From positions 7,890 through 71,889 of the forward strand of contig CAWFNQ010000005.1 of assembly GCA_963817245.1 (NCBI GenBank): 64,000 bases of DNA, given 5' to 3'. Made by a program: the position numbers and the translations under genes. Shown in pieces: positions 52,154-62,918 of this stretch (positions are counted from its first letter, which is position 1; the number at the start of each line of letters is the position of its first letter). The notes beneath the pieces were generated by a model. That model saw only the letters and a list, made by a program, of their open reading frames with translations, had not been told where the DNA came from and searched no databases. This DNA comes from an uncultured Chloroflexia bacterium (GTDB taxonomy: Bacteria > Chloroflexota > Limnocylindria > Limnocylindrales > CSP1-4).

Positions 52154-52507
52154 ATGGACGTGCGCGTCCTCGGGTTCGGGCGGATCGAGATCGACGGGCG
52201 GTCCTACGACCGGGACGTCATCGTCGACCGCGGGCGCGTGGGCAAGCGCCACAAGAAGGCCTCGAAGCCGCTCCGCGACCGCTACGGCCACACGCCATTG
52301 AGCCTCCTCGAGCCGATCCCGTGGGACTGCACGCGACTCATCGTCGGGACCGGCGTGGACGGCGGCCTGCCGATCGAACCCGAGGTCGTCGCCGAGGCCC
52401 GGCGTCGCGGGGTGGACGTGGTCGCGGTGCCGACCGACGACGCGTGCTCGCTCTTGGCCGCGGCCGACCTCCGGACGACGAACGCGATCCTGCACGTCAC
52501 CTGCTGA
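52154..52507 (+). CDS. Mth938-like domain protein
   Basis: FGRIEIDGRSYDRDV; LIVGTG; PTDDAC; ILHVTC*. Confidence 0.85.
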   Translation: MDVRVLGFGRIEIDGRSYDRDVIVDRGRVGKRHKKASKPLRDRYGHTPLSLLEPIPWDCTRLIVGTGVDGGLPIEPEVVAEARRRGVDVVAVPTDDACSLLAAADLRTTNAILHVTC

Positions 52508-53438
52508 AGGCGACCGCGAGGTACCCGACCGTGCGGTCGCTCGGGCCGCCCGCAGCGGCCGACGTGGCGGCCGCCACATGAACGCCGCGTGTCACGCCCA
52601 TCGCCCACATCGCGGCGAGCCCGACGACGGTCGGCTCGATCCCGCACATGCCGCACACGACCCCCGGCAGGCCGGAGCGCGTGACGTCGGCCTCCCGCAC
52701 GGCGAGACCATCCGGATCCAGCCCCAGGATGGACGGCTCCAGGATCTCGGTGACCCGGGTGGCGACCGCCGCCGGGGGGTAGTGCGCCATGTCCGTGCTG
52801 ATCGCCAGGATGTCCTGCACTCCCCTCGCGCGGCGCTCCGCGAGCAGGACACCCAGGCGACGACCGGCCTCCACGGCCCGAGCCCCGGTGCCCGTCCCGA
52901 CCGCGAGCGGGACGATCCGGGTGCCGGGCATGGCGGTCGCGACGAACGGCAGCTGGACCTCGATCGAGTGCTCGGACCGGTGGGAGTCACGGTCGATCCG
53001 GAACGGCGACCCCAGCGCCAGGATCTCCACCGAGAGCGACTCGTCCACCTCGATGTCGCCGAGCGGCGTCCGCCAGGCCCCGGCATCCCAGATCCCTACG
53101 CCCTCCAGCCAGCGCGCTCGATGGTTCGTTCCGAGCAGCACGACGGTCGTGCTCGCTGGCGTGCGGGTCGCGACCGCGCCGCCGAGGTTCGCGCCGGGAT
53201 CGGATGCCGCGGCCGCGGCGAGGCGCCACCCGGCGGCCGCCACCCCGCCACTGAAGATCAGCCCCGCGTGCGGGACGAGGATGCCGGCCAGGCCGGTCGC
53301 GCCAACGCCGGCGGACTCGGCCTCGGCCAGTTCGTCTCGTACGAGACGCGCCAGCTCGGCCGGGTCGGCGGGATAGAAGGCGCCGGCGACCGCAGGCGGC
53401 CGGCGCGGGGCGGTCACGACTCCGGAGGCGTGCGTCAT
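52497..53438 (-). CDS. amrB: AmmeMemoRadiSam protein B (MEMO1 family)
   Basis: PAVAGAFYP; VPHAG; GTNH; WRTPLG; EHSIEVQLPF; STDMAHY; MCG; VGY. Confidence 0.92.
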   Translation of the reverse strand: MTHASGVVTAPRRPPAVAGAFYPADPAELARLVRDELAEAESAGVGATGLAGILVPHAGLIFSGGVAAAGWRLAAAAASDPGANLGGAVATRTPASTTVVLLGTNHRARWLEGVGIWDAGAWRTPLGDIEVDESLSVEILALGSPFRIDRDSHRSEHSIEVQLPFVATAMPGTRIVPLAVGTGTGARAVEAGRRLGVLLAERRARGVQDILAISTDMAHYPPAAVATRVTEILEPSILGLDPDGLAVREADVTRSGLPGVVCGMCGIEPTVVGLAAMWAMGVTRGVHVAAATSAAAGGPSDRTVGYLAVAFSR

Positions 53439-54532
53439 CCGCATGGCACGGGCCTCGCGCCGACATCCAGCTCGAGCGCCCGCCCGGCGAGACGTCGTCC
53501 GCACCGCGGACAGGACCCGTCATCGGCGAGGTGGCGGATGAGCCGGTAGCCACGCCGGGTCAGCAGGACCGCATCGCAGCCGACGCAGTGCGTGTCCTCC
53601 ATGCCCAGTTCCGGCGCGTTGCCGACGTAGACGTGGCGCAGACCGGCCTCGCGACCGATCTCGGCGGCACGGCGGAGTGTCTCGAGCGGCGTCGGTGGGC
53701 GGTCCTGCATCCGGAACGCTGGGAAGAATCGGCTGACGTGCCACGGCGTCTCGACGCCGAGGTGGTCGACCAGCCAGGCCGTGAGCTCGCGCAGCTCCCC
53801 GGGGTCGTCGTTCTCGCCCGGGATGACGAGCGTCGTCACCTCGAGCCACACGCCCGCCCGGCGATACGCCTCGATGGCTTCGAGGACGTGGTCGAGTCGC
53901 GCGCCACAGCGTCGCCGGTAGAACGCCTCGTCGAACCCCTTGAGGTCGACGTTGGCCGCGTCGAGGACCGTGGCGAGCAGGTCGATCGCCTCCGGCGTCG
54001 CATAGCCGTCGGTGATGAACAGGTTGAGCAGGCCCGCGGCACGAGCCGGGCGGGCGATGGCCAGGGCGTATTCGAGGAAGACCGTGGGCTCGACGTACGT
54101 GTAGGCGATGGAGCGCGCGCCCAGCCGGAGCGCGTCGCTCACGGCCCGGGCGGGTGGCAGCGCGTGCGCCGACGGCCGGAGGCCGAGGCGCGGTCCCTGG
54201 GCGATCTCCCAGTTCTGGCAGAACACGCAGTGGAACGGGCAGCCGGCGGTCGCGAGCGAATACGCCCGCGTCCCCGGCGCGACGTGGAAGAGCGGCTTCT
54301 TCTCGATCGGATCCAGCTCGACGGCCACCGCGGCGCCGTACGCGGTCGAGTAGAGCACCCCGTCGCGGTTCTCGCGGACGCCGCAGATCCCGACCCGGCC
54401 AGGTCGCACCAGGCATCGATGCGCGCAGACGCCGCAGCGCACGGCGCCATCCGGCATCGCCGTCGCGAGCAGCGACGGCACGTCCTCACCGGGGGTCCGT
54501 TGCGGCCGGTCACCGATCGTCGAGATGCCCAT
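53435..54532 (-). CDS. amrS: AmmeMemoRadiSam radical SAM enzyme
   Basis: CGVCAHRC; DPIEKKPLFH; GCPFHCVFCQNW; YTYVEP; ANVDLK; HVSRFFP; YVGN. Confidence 0.93.
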   Translation of the reverse strand: MGISTIGDRPQRTPGEDVPSLLATAMPDGAVRCGVCAHRCLVRPGRVGICGVRENRDGVLYSTAYGAAVAVELDPIEKKPLFHVAPGTRAYSLATAGCPFHCVFCQNWEIAQGPRLGLRPSAHALPPARAVSDALRLGARSIAYTYVEPTVFLEYALAIARPARAAGLLNLFITDGYATPEAIDLLATVLDAANVDLKGFDEAFYRRRCGARLDHVLEAIEAYRRAGVWLEVTTLVIPGENDDPGELRELTAWLVDHLGVETPWHVSRFFPAFRMQDRPPTPLETLRRAAEIGREAGLRHVYVGNAPELGMEDTHCVGCDAVLLTRRGYRLIRHLADDGSCPRCGRRLAGRALELDVGARPVPCG

Positions 54533-54676
54533 CGCCAAGCCTCGACACGAGTCTGGCCCGCCAGGACCGATCCCACGAGTGCGCACCGTCCTGCCCTGGG
54601 CGGACCTTCGGCTCTGGTGTGCGCGGACCCGCCCGCGCATCCTCGACCACGTCGAGGGGTCGACACCGAGGCAGCC

Positions 54677-55348
54677 ATGCGCGCGACATCGACGGCGCCA
54701 CCCAACCAGGACGCGGGCGACCTGGGTCTCCGGGCCGAGGACCACGCGCCGACCGCGGTCGAGCTCACACCCGAGGCCGGCGCGATCCTGATTCGTATCG
54801 CGCGCGCTGCCATCGTCATGGCCACGTCCGGGCGTCTTGGCACGGCCGAGCTGGGGGGCATCCTGCCGCGGGACCCGCCTGCGGCGCTCCTGAAGCGGTC
54901 CGCGGTATTCGTGACCCTGCACGCGGGTGGAGAGCTCCGCGGATGCATCGGCTGCGTCACGAGCGATCGCCCGCTCTGGATGACCGTGGTGTCGGCCGCG
55001 GTCGACGCAGCAACGGGTGATCCGCGATTCCGGCCCGTCACCGGCGCGGAAGTGCCTTCGTTGTCGATCGACGTCTCCGTGCTCGGGCCGGCCGTGCCGC
55101 TTCGCGACCTCGAGACCTTCCGGCCGGGCATCGATGGCCTCATCGTCGAACGCGCGGGTCGGCGGGGGCTGCTCCTGCCCGAGGTGGCGACCGACCAGCA
55201 CTGGGGGGTCGTCGAGATGCTCGACGCCACCTGCTGGAAGGCCGGGCTCCCGGGCGACGCGTGGCGCGACCCGCGAACCCGGGTGTCCGTCTTCCGGACC
55301 GCGCGCGTCAGCGAACGCGACCAGGTGGGTACCGGCGCCGCCGCATGA
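54677..55348 (+). CDS. amrA: AmmeMemoRadiSam protein A (AMMECR1 family)
   Basis: FVTL..LRGCIG; DPRF; GLLLPEV; CWKAGL. Confidence 0.92.
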   Translation: MRATSTAPPNQDAGDLGLRAEDHAPTAVELTPEAGAILIRIARAAIVMATSGRLGTAELGGILPRDPPAALLKRSAVFVTLHAGGELRGCIGCVTSDRPLWMTVVSAAVDAATGDPRFRPVTGAEVPSLSIDVSVLGPAVPLRDLETFRPGIDGLIVERAGRRGLLLPEVATDQHWGVVEMLDATCWKAGLPGDAWRDPRTRVSVFRTARVSERDQVGTGAAA

Positions 55349-56738
55349 CCACTATCGGCGATGGGCCGCTGACCATCGTCCCGACGTCACTGGTGGCGGG
55401 TCCGACGAGCGGCGAGAGGAACGCGTCGGCCCATCCCGCCCACAGCTCAGGGCAGTGGTCGACCAGGTGACCGTGCTCCCCGCCCTCGCAGTACTGCAGC
55501 GTGGCGGGAACCCCGGCAGACCGTGCCGCCGCGAGCACCAGCGCGGCGCTGTGTTCGGGACGATCGAGGTGGTCGGCCGTGCCGTGGATGAGCAGGACCT
55601 GTCGGTCACCGAGGCGCGCGACCGTCTGGACCGGATCGACCGAGGTCAGGTCGGCCCCTACGCGCATCGAGGCCATCGCGACGCCCGCCCATGCCGTGGG
55701 GTTGCCGGGCAGGTGCTGCTCGTACTCGATGCCGTCGCCCATCGTGGTCGCCAGGGACCCATGCATGGAGTCGAGGATGAGCGCCTTGATCCGGGGATCG
55801 TCGACGGCCTCGGCGAGGACCGTCGCCGCGCCCATCGAGTTGCCGACCGAGCCGATCCAGGATGGGCCTTTCGACTGGCTGAGCCAGTCGACGATCGCTC
55901 GGACATCGAGCCGCTCCCGATAACCCCACGTGGTCAGATCGCCGCCGCTCCGCCCGCCGTTGCGCAGGTCCAGGAGCACGAGGTTGAACCGGTCGTGGAA
56001 CACCGGCGCGTACTTGAGGATCTCGGATTTGTTGGACTTCCAGCCCGGCGCGATGACCAGCGTCGGGCCGTCGGGACCGGCGCCGTTCGCGGCCGGGATA
56101 TACCAGCCCGCGACCCGGACCCCATCACTTGCGACGACCTCCGTCCCGGCTAACGAGCCCTGACCCGAGCAGTGCTGTCGATCCGGGTTCGCGGCCAGCA
56201 AACGAGCGTCATCCGCCTGGTCGTAGTTGATGGCTTCGTAGGCCCACCCGAACCGCGACGCCGGCGTGTCGCAGGCAGCCCCTTTGCCCGTGGGGTGAAC
56301 GAATTCCTCCGAGGCGACCGCGCCCGAGTACGCCGCCCACCCGCCGACGCCGACCAGCCCCAGCACCACGGCCCCGACCAGGAGGGGAGCGCGCCGACGA
56401 CCTGGCCGTCGCACGACGGATCCGACGATGTAGCCGCTCCCGACAAGGACCATGCCGAGCAGCGTCAGGACGACCCAATGGAGCAATGTGACCTTCGTGC
56501 TGGGCAGGCCGACCAGCGCAGCGATCGGGTAGAAGGCGAGGCCGGCCGCGCCCACCAGCCAGATGTCCCGGGCGGATCCCACGACGACACCGGCCGCCAC
56601 CCCGACCAGGATCCACAGCACCCAGCACGCGGACGTGTCCGCGAACCACGTGGCGACGGCCAGCATCCCGAGCAGCGCGATGCCGAGCCCGAGCACACGG
56701 CCCGGCCCGGCGTTCGACGTCCCGACGCACATGCTCAT
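55308..56738 (-). CDS. Membrane-anchored alpha/beta hydrolase
   Basis: N-terminal TMs; DGVRVAGWYIP; DLRNGGRS; GNSMG nucleophile; IHGTADH; GEH. Confidence 0.82.
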   Translation of the reverse strand: MSMCVGTSNAGPGRVLGLGIALLGMLAVATWFADTSACWVLWILVGVAAGVVVGSARDIWLVGAAGLAFYPIAALVGLPSTKVTLLHWVVLTLLGMVLVGSGYIVGSVVRRPGRRRAPLLVGAVVLGLVGVGGWAAYSGAVASEEFVHPTGKGAACDTPASRFGWAYEAINYDQADDARLLAANPDRQHCSGQGSLAGTEVVASDGVRVAGWYIPAANGAGPDGPTLVIAPGWKSNKSEILKYAPVFHDRFNLVLLDLRNGGRSGGDLTTWGYRERLDVRAIVDWLSQSKGPSWIGSVGNSMGAATVLAEAVDDPRIKALILDSMHGSLATTMGDGIEYEQHLPGNPTAWAGVAMASMRVGADLTSVDPVQTVARLGDRQVLLIHGTADHLDRPEHSAALVLAAARSAGVPATLQYCEGGEHGHLVDHCPELWAGWADAFLSPLVGPATSDVGTMVSGPSPIVVMRRRRYPPGRVR

Positions 56739-56834
56739 GGGATCCCCCCGCGGGATAGGTCGATGGTGCGTCGTGGGAGCCTTGGACCGCAAGAGCCGGT
56801 CGGCCCGCACGCGACGCGTCGGGACGCCGGAGGC

Positions 56835-57281
56835 CTAGCGACGCGTCGGCTTTCCGTCGACCTCGCCCTCGGCCAACCTGGCCAACTCGCGGAGCTCGCC
56901 CTCGAAGCTGCCGCGGTACGAGCCTCGCGAGAACACCCAGGCCGCGATCGCCGGGATCACGCCGATCGTGTGGAAGACCTCGGTGATCCGCGTCCCGCCC
57001 TCGACCGCGTCGAAGGTCGCGTCCGTCTCGCCGCGCAGGAGCCAGTTGCCGAAGCGAGAGCGGAAGTGGTGGGGCCGCTCGACCGCGATGACCTCGGTCG
57101 GGCTCTTCATCCGGCCGAACCAGACCGTGTACCGGGAACCGACGACATCCAGAGGGCCCGTCACGTCGGACACCTTGGTCACGCCGCCGACCCACTCACC
57201 CATGCGCTCGAGATCGGTCCACAGGTCGAACACGACGTCGGGCGGCGCCTTCGCATCGACGGTGAAGCGGTACGTGGCCAC
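56835..57281 (-). CDS. SRPBCC family protein
   Basis: APPDVVFDLWTDLERMGEW; GGTRIT; ELRELARLAE. Confidence 0.8.
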   Translation of the reverse strand: MATYRFTVDAKAPPDVVFDLWTDLERMGEWVGGVTKVSDVTGPLDVVGSRYTVWFGRMKSPTEVIAVERPHHFRSRFGNWLLRGETDATFDAVEGGTRITEVFHTIGVIPAIAAWVFSRGSYRGSFEGELRELARLAEGEVDGKPTRR

Positions 57282-57298
57282 GGCTGGTCGTTCGAACC

Positions 57299-58816
57299 CT
57301 ACGCGGACGGCCGGAGCTGGATCCAGACGGTCTTCGTCTCGGTGTACTGGTCGTGGGCGTGGACCGACTTGTCGTGGCCACCGAAGCCGGACTGCTTGTA
57401 GCCGCCGAACGGCGTCGTCATGTCGCCTTCGGAGTACGCGTTGACCCCGACGACGCCGGCCCGCAGCTCGCGCGCCACGCGATGGGCGGTGTCGAGATCG
57501 TGCGTGTACAGCGACGCTGCCAGGCCGTAGGGCGTGTCGTTGGCGATGGCCACGGCCTCGGCTTCGGTGTCGAATTCGATGACCGAGAGGACCGGTCCGA
57601 AGATCTCCTCGCGGGCGATCCGCATGTCGTTCGTGACCTGGTCGAAGACGGTCGGCGGGACGAACCAACCGCCGGATTCCTCGAGGATCCGTGAGCCACC
57701 CGTGACGAGGCGGGCGCCCTCTCGTCGGCCGATGTCGATGTAGCCGAGGACCTTCTCCATCTGCCCCCGCGAGATGAGCGCGCCGATCCGGGTCGCCGGG
57801 TCGAGCGGGTCGCCGACCGGCCAGGCCGCGAGTTCCGCCTCGATCGCGTCGAGGAGCGCGGCCTTCCGCGTGCTGTGGACGATGAGCCGCGAGCCCGCGC
57901 TGCAGTTCTCGCCCATGTTCCAGAAGATCGCGATCGCGACGTTCGCGGCCACGGCGGCAAGGTCGTCCACATCGCCGAAGACGATCTGCGGGCTCTTGCC
58001 TCCGAGCTCGAGGAGGACGCGCTTGAGGTTCGAATCGGCGGCGTAGTGGAGGAAGCGCCGTCCCACCTCGGTCGAACCGGTGAACGCGACACAGTCGATG
58101 TCGGGGTGTCGGCCGATGGCCTCACCGACGGTGTCGCCGGGCCCGGTCACGACGTTGACGACCCCGTCCGGGAGGCCCGCCTGGCTGCCGAGCTCGACGA
58201 TCCGCAGGAGGCTGAGCGACGTCGTCGATGCGGGCTTGATCACCACCGTGTTGCCGGTCGCGAGCGCGGGGCCGAGCTTCCACGCCGCCATCTGCGCGGG
58301 GTAGTTCCAGGGGATGACCGCCCCGACGACGCCACACGGCTCGCGGGTGATCGTGGCGACCGTCCCCTCCGGCGATGGCGCGACCTGGCCGTAGAGCTTG
58401 TCGGCCGCCTCCGCGTGCCAGCGGATGCAGGCGGCCGTCTCCGGCATATCCAACCCGACCGTATCGGTGATGGGCTTGCCGGCGTCGATCGTCTCGATCA
58501 GGCCCAGCTCGCGGGCATGCGCCTCGATGAGGTTCGCCCACTCGATGAGGATCCGCTTCCGCGCGCCCGGGTCCAGGCGTGACCAGCGCCCGTCATCGGC
58601 CGCACGACGGGCGGCGGCGACCGCGATGTCGACGTCGGCCGGCCCGCCCTGGGCGACTTCGGTGATCGGCTGACCGGTGGCCGGGTTCTCCGTGACGTAG
58701 CGTCCGCCGCCGGCGGCATCGCGGAACGTGCCGTCGACGAACATCCTGGTCCGCAGGTCCAAATGCTCGAGGTCGGCCCGCGATTCCTCGATGGGCGGGA
58801 TGAGCGTCTCGGTCAT
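57299..58816 (-). CDS. Aldehyde dehydrogenase (PuuC-like)
   Basis: PWNYP; FTGSTEVG; LELGGKSP; GENCSAGS; EEIFGP; PFGGYKQSG. Confidence 0.94.
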   Translation of the reverse strand: MTETLIPPIEESRADLEHLDLRTRMFVDGTFRDAAGGGRYVTENPATGQPITEVAQGGPADVDIAVAAARRAADDGRWSRLDPGARKRILIEWANLIEAHARELGLIETIDAGKPITDTVGLDMPETAACIRWHAEAADKLYGQVAPSPEGTVATITREPCGVVGAVIPWNYPAQMAAWKLGPALATGNTVVIKPASTTSLSLLRIVELGSQAGLPDGVVNVVTGPGDTVGEAIGRHPDIDCVAFTGSTEVGRRFLHYAADSNLKRVLLELGGKSPQIVFGDVDDLAAVAANVAIAIFWNMGENCSAGSRLIVHSTRKAALLDAIEAELAAWPVGDPLDPATRIGALISRGQMEKVLGYIDIGRREGARLVTGGSRILEESGGWFVPPTVFDQVTNDMRIAREEIFGPVLSVIEFDTEAEAVAIANDTPYGLAASLYTHDLDTAHRVARELRAGVVGVNAYSEGDMTTPFGGYKQSGFGGHDKSVHAHDQYTETKTVWIQLRPSA

Positions 58817-58960
58817 GGTGGCCTCCAGACGACGACCGGGCGGGTTCGGATGGTCAGGTCGGCATCGTAGACCGCACGGCGTCGACCGATCCGGCGCTCG
58901 ACACCCGGACGACGCGAACGGCTATCGTGGCCGCAGGGCTCTTCTACAGGGAGGTCCGAC

Positions 58961-60547
58961 GTGTTCGTCCCGCTGTCCGTCCTCGAGTTCCGCGACCGCG
59001 CGGCGCTGTTCTTCGGCGACAAGATCGGTGTCATCGACGGCGAGTCGCAGTTCACCTACCGAGAATTCGCGACTCGGACCCACCGGCTAGCGAACGCGCT
59101 CGTCGAGCTCGGGGTCGTGAGCGGCGATCGCGTCTCGTTCATCACGTTCAACACGCACCACCTCCTCGAGGCGTACTACGGCGTGATCGAGGCCGGGGCC
59201 GTCCTCAACCCGATCAACATCCGGCTGGCGCCGCACGAGATCGAGTACATCCTCGGGCACGCGGCGTCGAAGGTCGTCTTCGTCCACCGCGACTTCGCGC
59301 CGCTCGTCGAGGAGATCCGACCACGCCTGGCGACGAAGCCGGTCGTGGTCGTCCTCGACGGTGAGCGCGGCGGCGTGGCCGATCACGAGTACGAGGCCCT
59401 CCTCGCCTCGGGCGCCACCGACCCACGCCACCCGGACATCGACGAGAACGCGATGGCCGAGCTGTTCTATACGAGCGGCACGACGGGCCTGCCCAAGGGC
59501 GTCGCGATGACCCATCGGGAGCTGTACCTGCACAGCCTTGCCGCCGAGATCGGCCTGGGGTTCACCGAGGACGACGTCGTGCTCCACGTCGTGCCGCTCT
59601 TCCACGTCAACGGCTGGGGGACGCCGCATTTCCTGACGATGGTCGGCGGTCGCCACGTGATCCTCCGCCGGTTCGACCCGGGCGAACTGATGGCCCTCGT
59701 CGAGCGCCATCGAGTGACGCGCCTGCTCGCGGTGCCCACCATCTTCAACGCGCTGCTCCATAGCCGGGAGCGGTCCCGCTATGACCTGTCAAGCCTCCGG
59801 CAGCTGATCATCGGTGGTTCGCCGGCGTCGACGGACCTCGTGCGCGCCCTGGAATCCGAGTTCGCCACGCAAGCGATCGTCGGGTATGGGCTGACCGAGA
59901 CATCGCCGATCATCACCCTCGCCCAGCCGAGACGGATCCTGACCGAGAGCGAGCCCGCGGAACGTCGCCAGGAGCGGCAGGCGATGACCGGCTGGGCGAT
60001 CCCGGGCGTCCGGATCCGGGTCGTCGACGCGGACGGGAACGACGTCCGACCGGACGGCGAGCAGATCGGTGAGATCGTCGTCCGCGGCAACACCGTGATG
60101 GACGGCTACTACCTCGACCCGGCGGCGACCGAAGCCACCGTCCGCGACGGCTGGCTCCATACGGGCGATATGGCGACCATCGACGACGCGGGCTACGTCC
60201 TCATCAAGGATCGATCGAAGGACATCATCATCAGCTCGGGCGAGAACATGTCGTCGGTGGAGATCGAGATCGCGCTCGGCGCGCACCCGAGCGTCCTGGA
60301 GTGCGCGGTCGTCGCGGCACCCGACGACAAGCGAGGCGAAGTCCCCGTCGCGTTCGTCGTCCTCAAGCCCGACATGACGGCCACCGCAGCGGAACTTCGA
60401 GCGCACTGCCGGGAACGCCTCGCCTCGAACAAGGTGCCTCGCGAATTCCTCGTTCGGGACGCCCTGCCGAAAGGCGGCACCGGCAAGATCCTCAAGGCCG
60501 AGCTCCGCGAGCCGTTCTGGGTCGGGCTGGACTCACGAGTCCACTGA
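58961..60547 (+). CDS. Medium/long-chain acyl-CoA ligase
   Basis: YTSGTTGLPKG; PLFHVNGWG; YGLTE; WLHTGD; DRSKD; GKILK. Confidence 0.93.
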   Translation: MFVPLSVLEFRDRAALFFGDKIGVIDGESQFTYREFATRTHRLANALVELGVVSGDRVSFITFNTHHLLEAYYGVIEAGAVLNPINIRLAPHEIEYILGHAASKVVFVHRDFAPLVEEIRPRLATKPVVVVLDGERGGVADHEYEALLASGATDPRHPDIDENAMAELFYTSGTTGLPKGVAMTHRELYLHSLAAEIGLGFTEDDVVLHVVPLFHVNGWGTPHFLTMVGGRHVILRRFDPGELMALVERHRVTRLLAVPTIFNALLHSRERSRYDLSSLRQLIIGGSPASTDLVRALESEFATQAIVGYGLTETSPIITLAQPRRILTESEPAERRQERQAMTGWAIPGVRIRVVDADGNDVRPDGEQIGEIVVRGNTVMDGYYLDPAATEATVRDGWLHTGDMATIDDAGYVLIKDRSKDIIISSGENMSSVEIEIALGAHPSVLECAVVAAPDDKRGEVPVAFVVLKPDMTATAAELRAHCRERLASNKVPREFLVRDALPKGGTGKILKAELREPFWVGLDSRVH

Positions 60548-60551
60548 CAGC

Positions 60552-61025
60552 TCAGCCCGAGGCGACCGCGACGAGCTGGTAGAAGGCGATGACGGCGACG
60601 GACAGCTGGATGCACAAGGCGAGTGCGTAGGCCGCCACCGAGCCGAGCAGGAGCGCGTTCGCCGTGAACAGGAGGAGGGCGGCGATGCCCGGCACGAACA
60701 GGAGTCGGCCAGCCCACGTGCTCAGGCCACCGGCGCGGACCAGCTGGCGCCCCCGCATCAGGATGATCCACGCCGCGTAGAGCGCGACCAGGGCGCTCGA
60801 TACGACGATCGCTTGGCGTGCGTCGGCGAGCCACGCGAAGACGATCACCAGCAGGAGCGCCTCGAACACGACGTTGAAGCTCGTCGAGACGATCGCACGT
60901 TGTCGGATCCGGTGGATCTGGCTCCACGAGCCGCTGGGCGGTGTCAGGGCGGCCGTCACTGCGGTGAACCCGGCGATGACGACGGCGATCGAGGCGATCC
61001 CCAACAGGAGCGCCTCGTCGAGCAT
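60552..61025 (-). CDS. Hypothetical membrane protein
   Basis: 157 aa with about 5 hydrophobic segments; TAGGAT -10 six nt before the ATG. Confidence 0.7.
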   Translation of the reverse strand: MLDEALLLGIASIAVVIAGFTAVTAALTPPSGSWSQIHRIRQRAIVSTSFNVVFEALLLVIVFAWLADARQAIVVSSALVALYAAWIILMRGRQLVRAGGLSTWAGRLLFVPGIAALLLFTANALLLGSVAAYALALCIQLSVAVIAFYQLVAVASG

Positions 61026-61071
61026 GCCCGCATCCTACGACACCGCGCTGCGGCGATCCGGCGCTCGCTCG

Positions 61072-62697
61072 TCAGGCCAGGACGAGCCCTTCGATGCCGG
61101 AGGAGACAGGATCCGGCTGACGCATCATGCGGAACGAGGTCAGCAGCCCGAGCACGCTCGCAAGGATCGGGATGAGGAGCGCCACCTGCAGGGCGAATGG
61201 ACGAGCTTCGGTGTTGATGCGGATGATCTCGGCCTGAACGGCCGGCGTCTGACCGGCCAGCAGGACCGCGAGATCCGTGTTCGTCATCACCTCGGCGTCG
61301 TGCTCGAGCACGTCGGCGACCTGCTGCTGCTCGCTCGGGGAGAGGACGGTGCTCTCCTCCGCGAGCTTCGTGAAGCTGAAGGCGAGCGTCGCGAGCATGA
61401 TCGCGCCGGCGAACGCCAGGCCGAACGACAGTCCGAAGGAGCCGGCCGCCGAGTTCACACCGGCGGCCTCGCTGACCCGCTCCTCGACGATCGGTGCCAG
61501 CGTGTAGTTGTTGAGCTGGGACACCAGCAACCCGAGCCCGGTTCCCGCGATCACCAGCGGGATGGCCAGGGCCCAGCCCGCGTCCGCCCGCGGAACGATC
61601 GGGATCAACAGGACCAATCCGATCAACAGGAGCGTGTACCCGGCCCGGATGATGCTGCTGGGCCGCCGGGACCCGGACCGCCTGCCGGCGAGGATCGCGG
61701 CCCCGAACATGCTGAGCGAGAGCGGTGCCATGGACAGGCCCGCCTGCAGGGCGTTGTACTCGAGGACCATCTGGAGGTAGATCGGGATGGTGATCATGGC
61801 GCCACCGAGCGCGATGTTCTGGAGCATCTGCCCGGAGATCCCCAACCGGAACAGCTTCGAGGTGAACAGGTCGGGATCGATCAGCGTCGGCTTTCCCTCC
61901 CGCTTCCGGCGTCGCAGCCAATAGGCGAGGGCCGCGAGCGAGACCGCGCCGATCGCGATGAGCAGGCCGACGGCTTCACCGCCTTCCTGCCACGCGAGGA
62001 TGCCCAGCACGAGGCCGCCCATGCCCAGGACCGAGAGGAGCGCACCGACGAAGTCGATCTCGCGCGGACCCGTGTACGGCACGTCGCGCACGAGCCGGCT
62101 GCCCGACAGGACGATCGCGATGACGCCGACCTCGAGCAGGAACGCCACGCGGTAGGACAGCAAGGTCGTGATGAAGCCGCCGATGAGCGGTCCGATCGCC
62201 GCGGCGATCGCCGCCGCGGCCCCCACCAGGGCGTAGGTCGCCTTCTGGGCGGCCCCTTCGAAGTTGCCGTGGATCAACGACTGCATCGCCGGCAGCAGCA
62301 GTGACGCTCCGAGCCCACCGATCACGGCCCAGAAGATGAAGATCGCCGTCACGTTCTGGGCCAGGGCCATGGCCAGGGCACCGATGGCATAGGCGATGAG
62401 GCCCATGACGTACGCCCGCTTGCGGCCGTACAGGTCGCCGATCTTGCTGCCGATCAGGATGAATGCGGCCGACACCAGGGCCTCGAGCGCGATGGCGGAC
62501 TGGATGGCGCTCACCGTGGTGCCGAGGTCGGCGACGACCGCCGAGATCGACACGTTCATGATCGACGTATCGACGACCAGGACGAACATCGCCATCGCCA
62601 GCAGGATCGGAAGGCGTCGATCGGTGGGAGTCGTCGCCGCGACCTGGGATCCGGCTGCGCCGGTCACGCGCGCACCACGATCGGCAGGTCCGGACAT
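61072..62697 (-). CDS. MFS transporter (DHA2-like)
   Basis: VVDTSIMNVSI; KIGDLYGRKR; GPLIGG; many TMs. True start may be the RBS-preceded ATG near 62714 plus a frameshift. Confidence 0.9.
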   Translation of the reverse strand: MSGPADRGARVTGAAGSQVAATTPTDRRLPILLAMAMFVLVVDTSIMNVSISAVVADLGTTVSAIQSAIALEALVSAAFILIGSKIGDLYGRKRAYVMGLIAYAIGALAMALAQNVTAIFIFWAVIGGLGASLLLPAMQSLIHGNFEGAAQKATYALVGAAAAIAAAIGPLIGGFITTLLSYRVAFLLEVGVIAIVLSGSRLVRDVPYTGPREIDFVGALLSVLGMGGLVLGILAWQEGGEAVGLLIAIGAVSLAALAYWLRRRKREGKPTLIDPDLFTSKLFRLGISGQMLQNIALGGAMITIPIYLQMVLEYNALQAGLSMAPLSLSMFGAAILAGRRSGSRRPSSIIRAGYTLLLIGLVLLIPIVPRADAGWALAIPLVIAGTGLGLLVSQLNNYTLAPIVEERVSEAAGVNSAAGSFGLSFGLAFAGAIMLATLAFSFTKLAEESTVLSPSEQQQVADVLEHDAEVMTNTDLAVLLAGQTPAVQAEIIRINTEARPFALQVALLIPILASVLGLLTSFRMMRQPDPVSSGIEGLVLA

Positions 62698-62918
62698 CCT
62701 GGACTGCTCGTCATCGGGCTCCTTCCAGCCAGCGACCCGATCCGTCGGATCCGACACGCATCGTAGGGCACCGAGCGGGCGGTCGGTACCTGTCGCCGGT
62801 GGGATCGCGGCGTCCGTATCGAATCCCCGTTCCGCTGGGTCGCCGAGGTGGGAGACTTCCCCCGATGGGCGATGAACCGCTGACCACCTCCGCACCGACC
62901 ACCCCCGCACATCGACTG

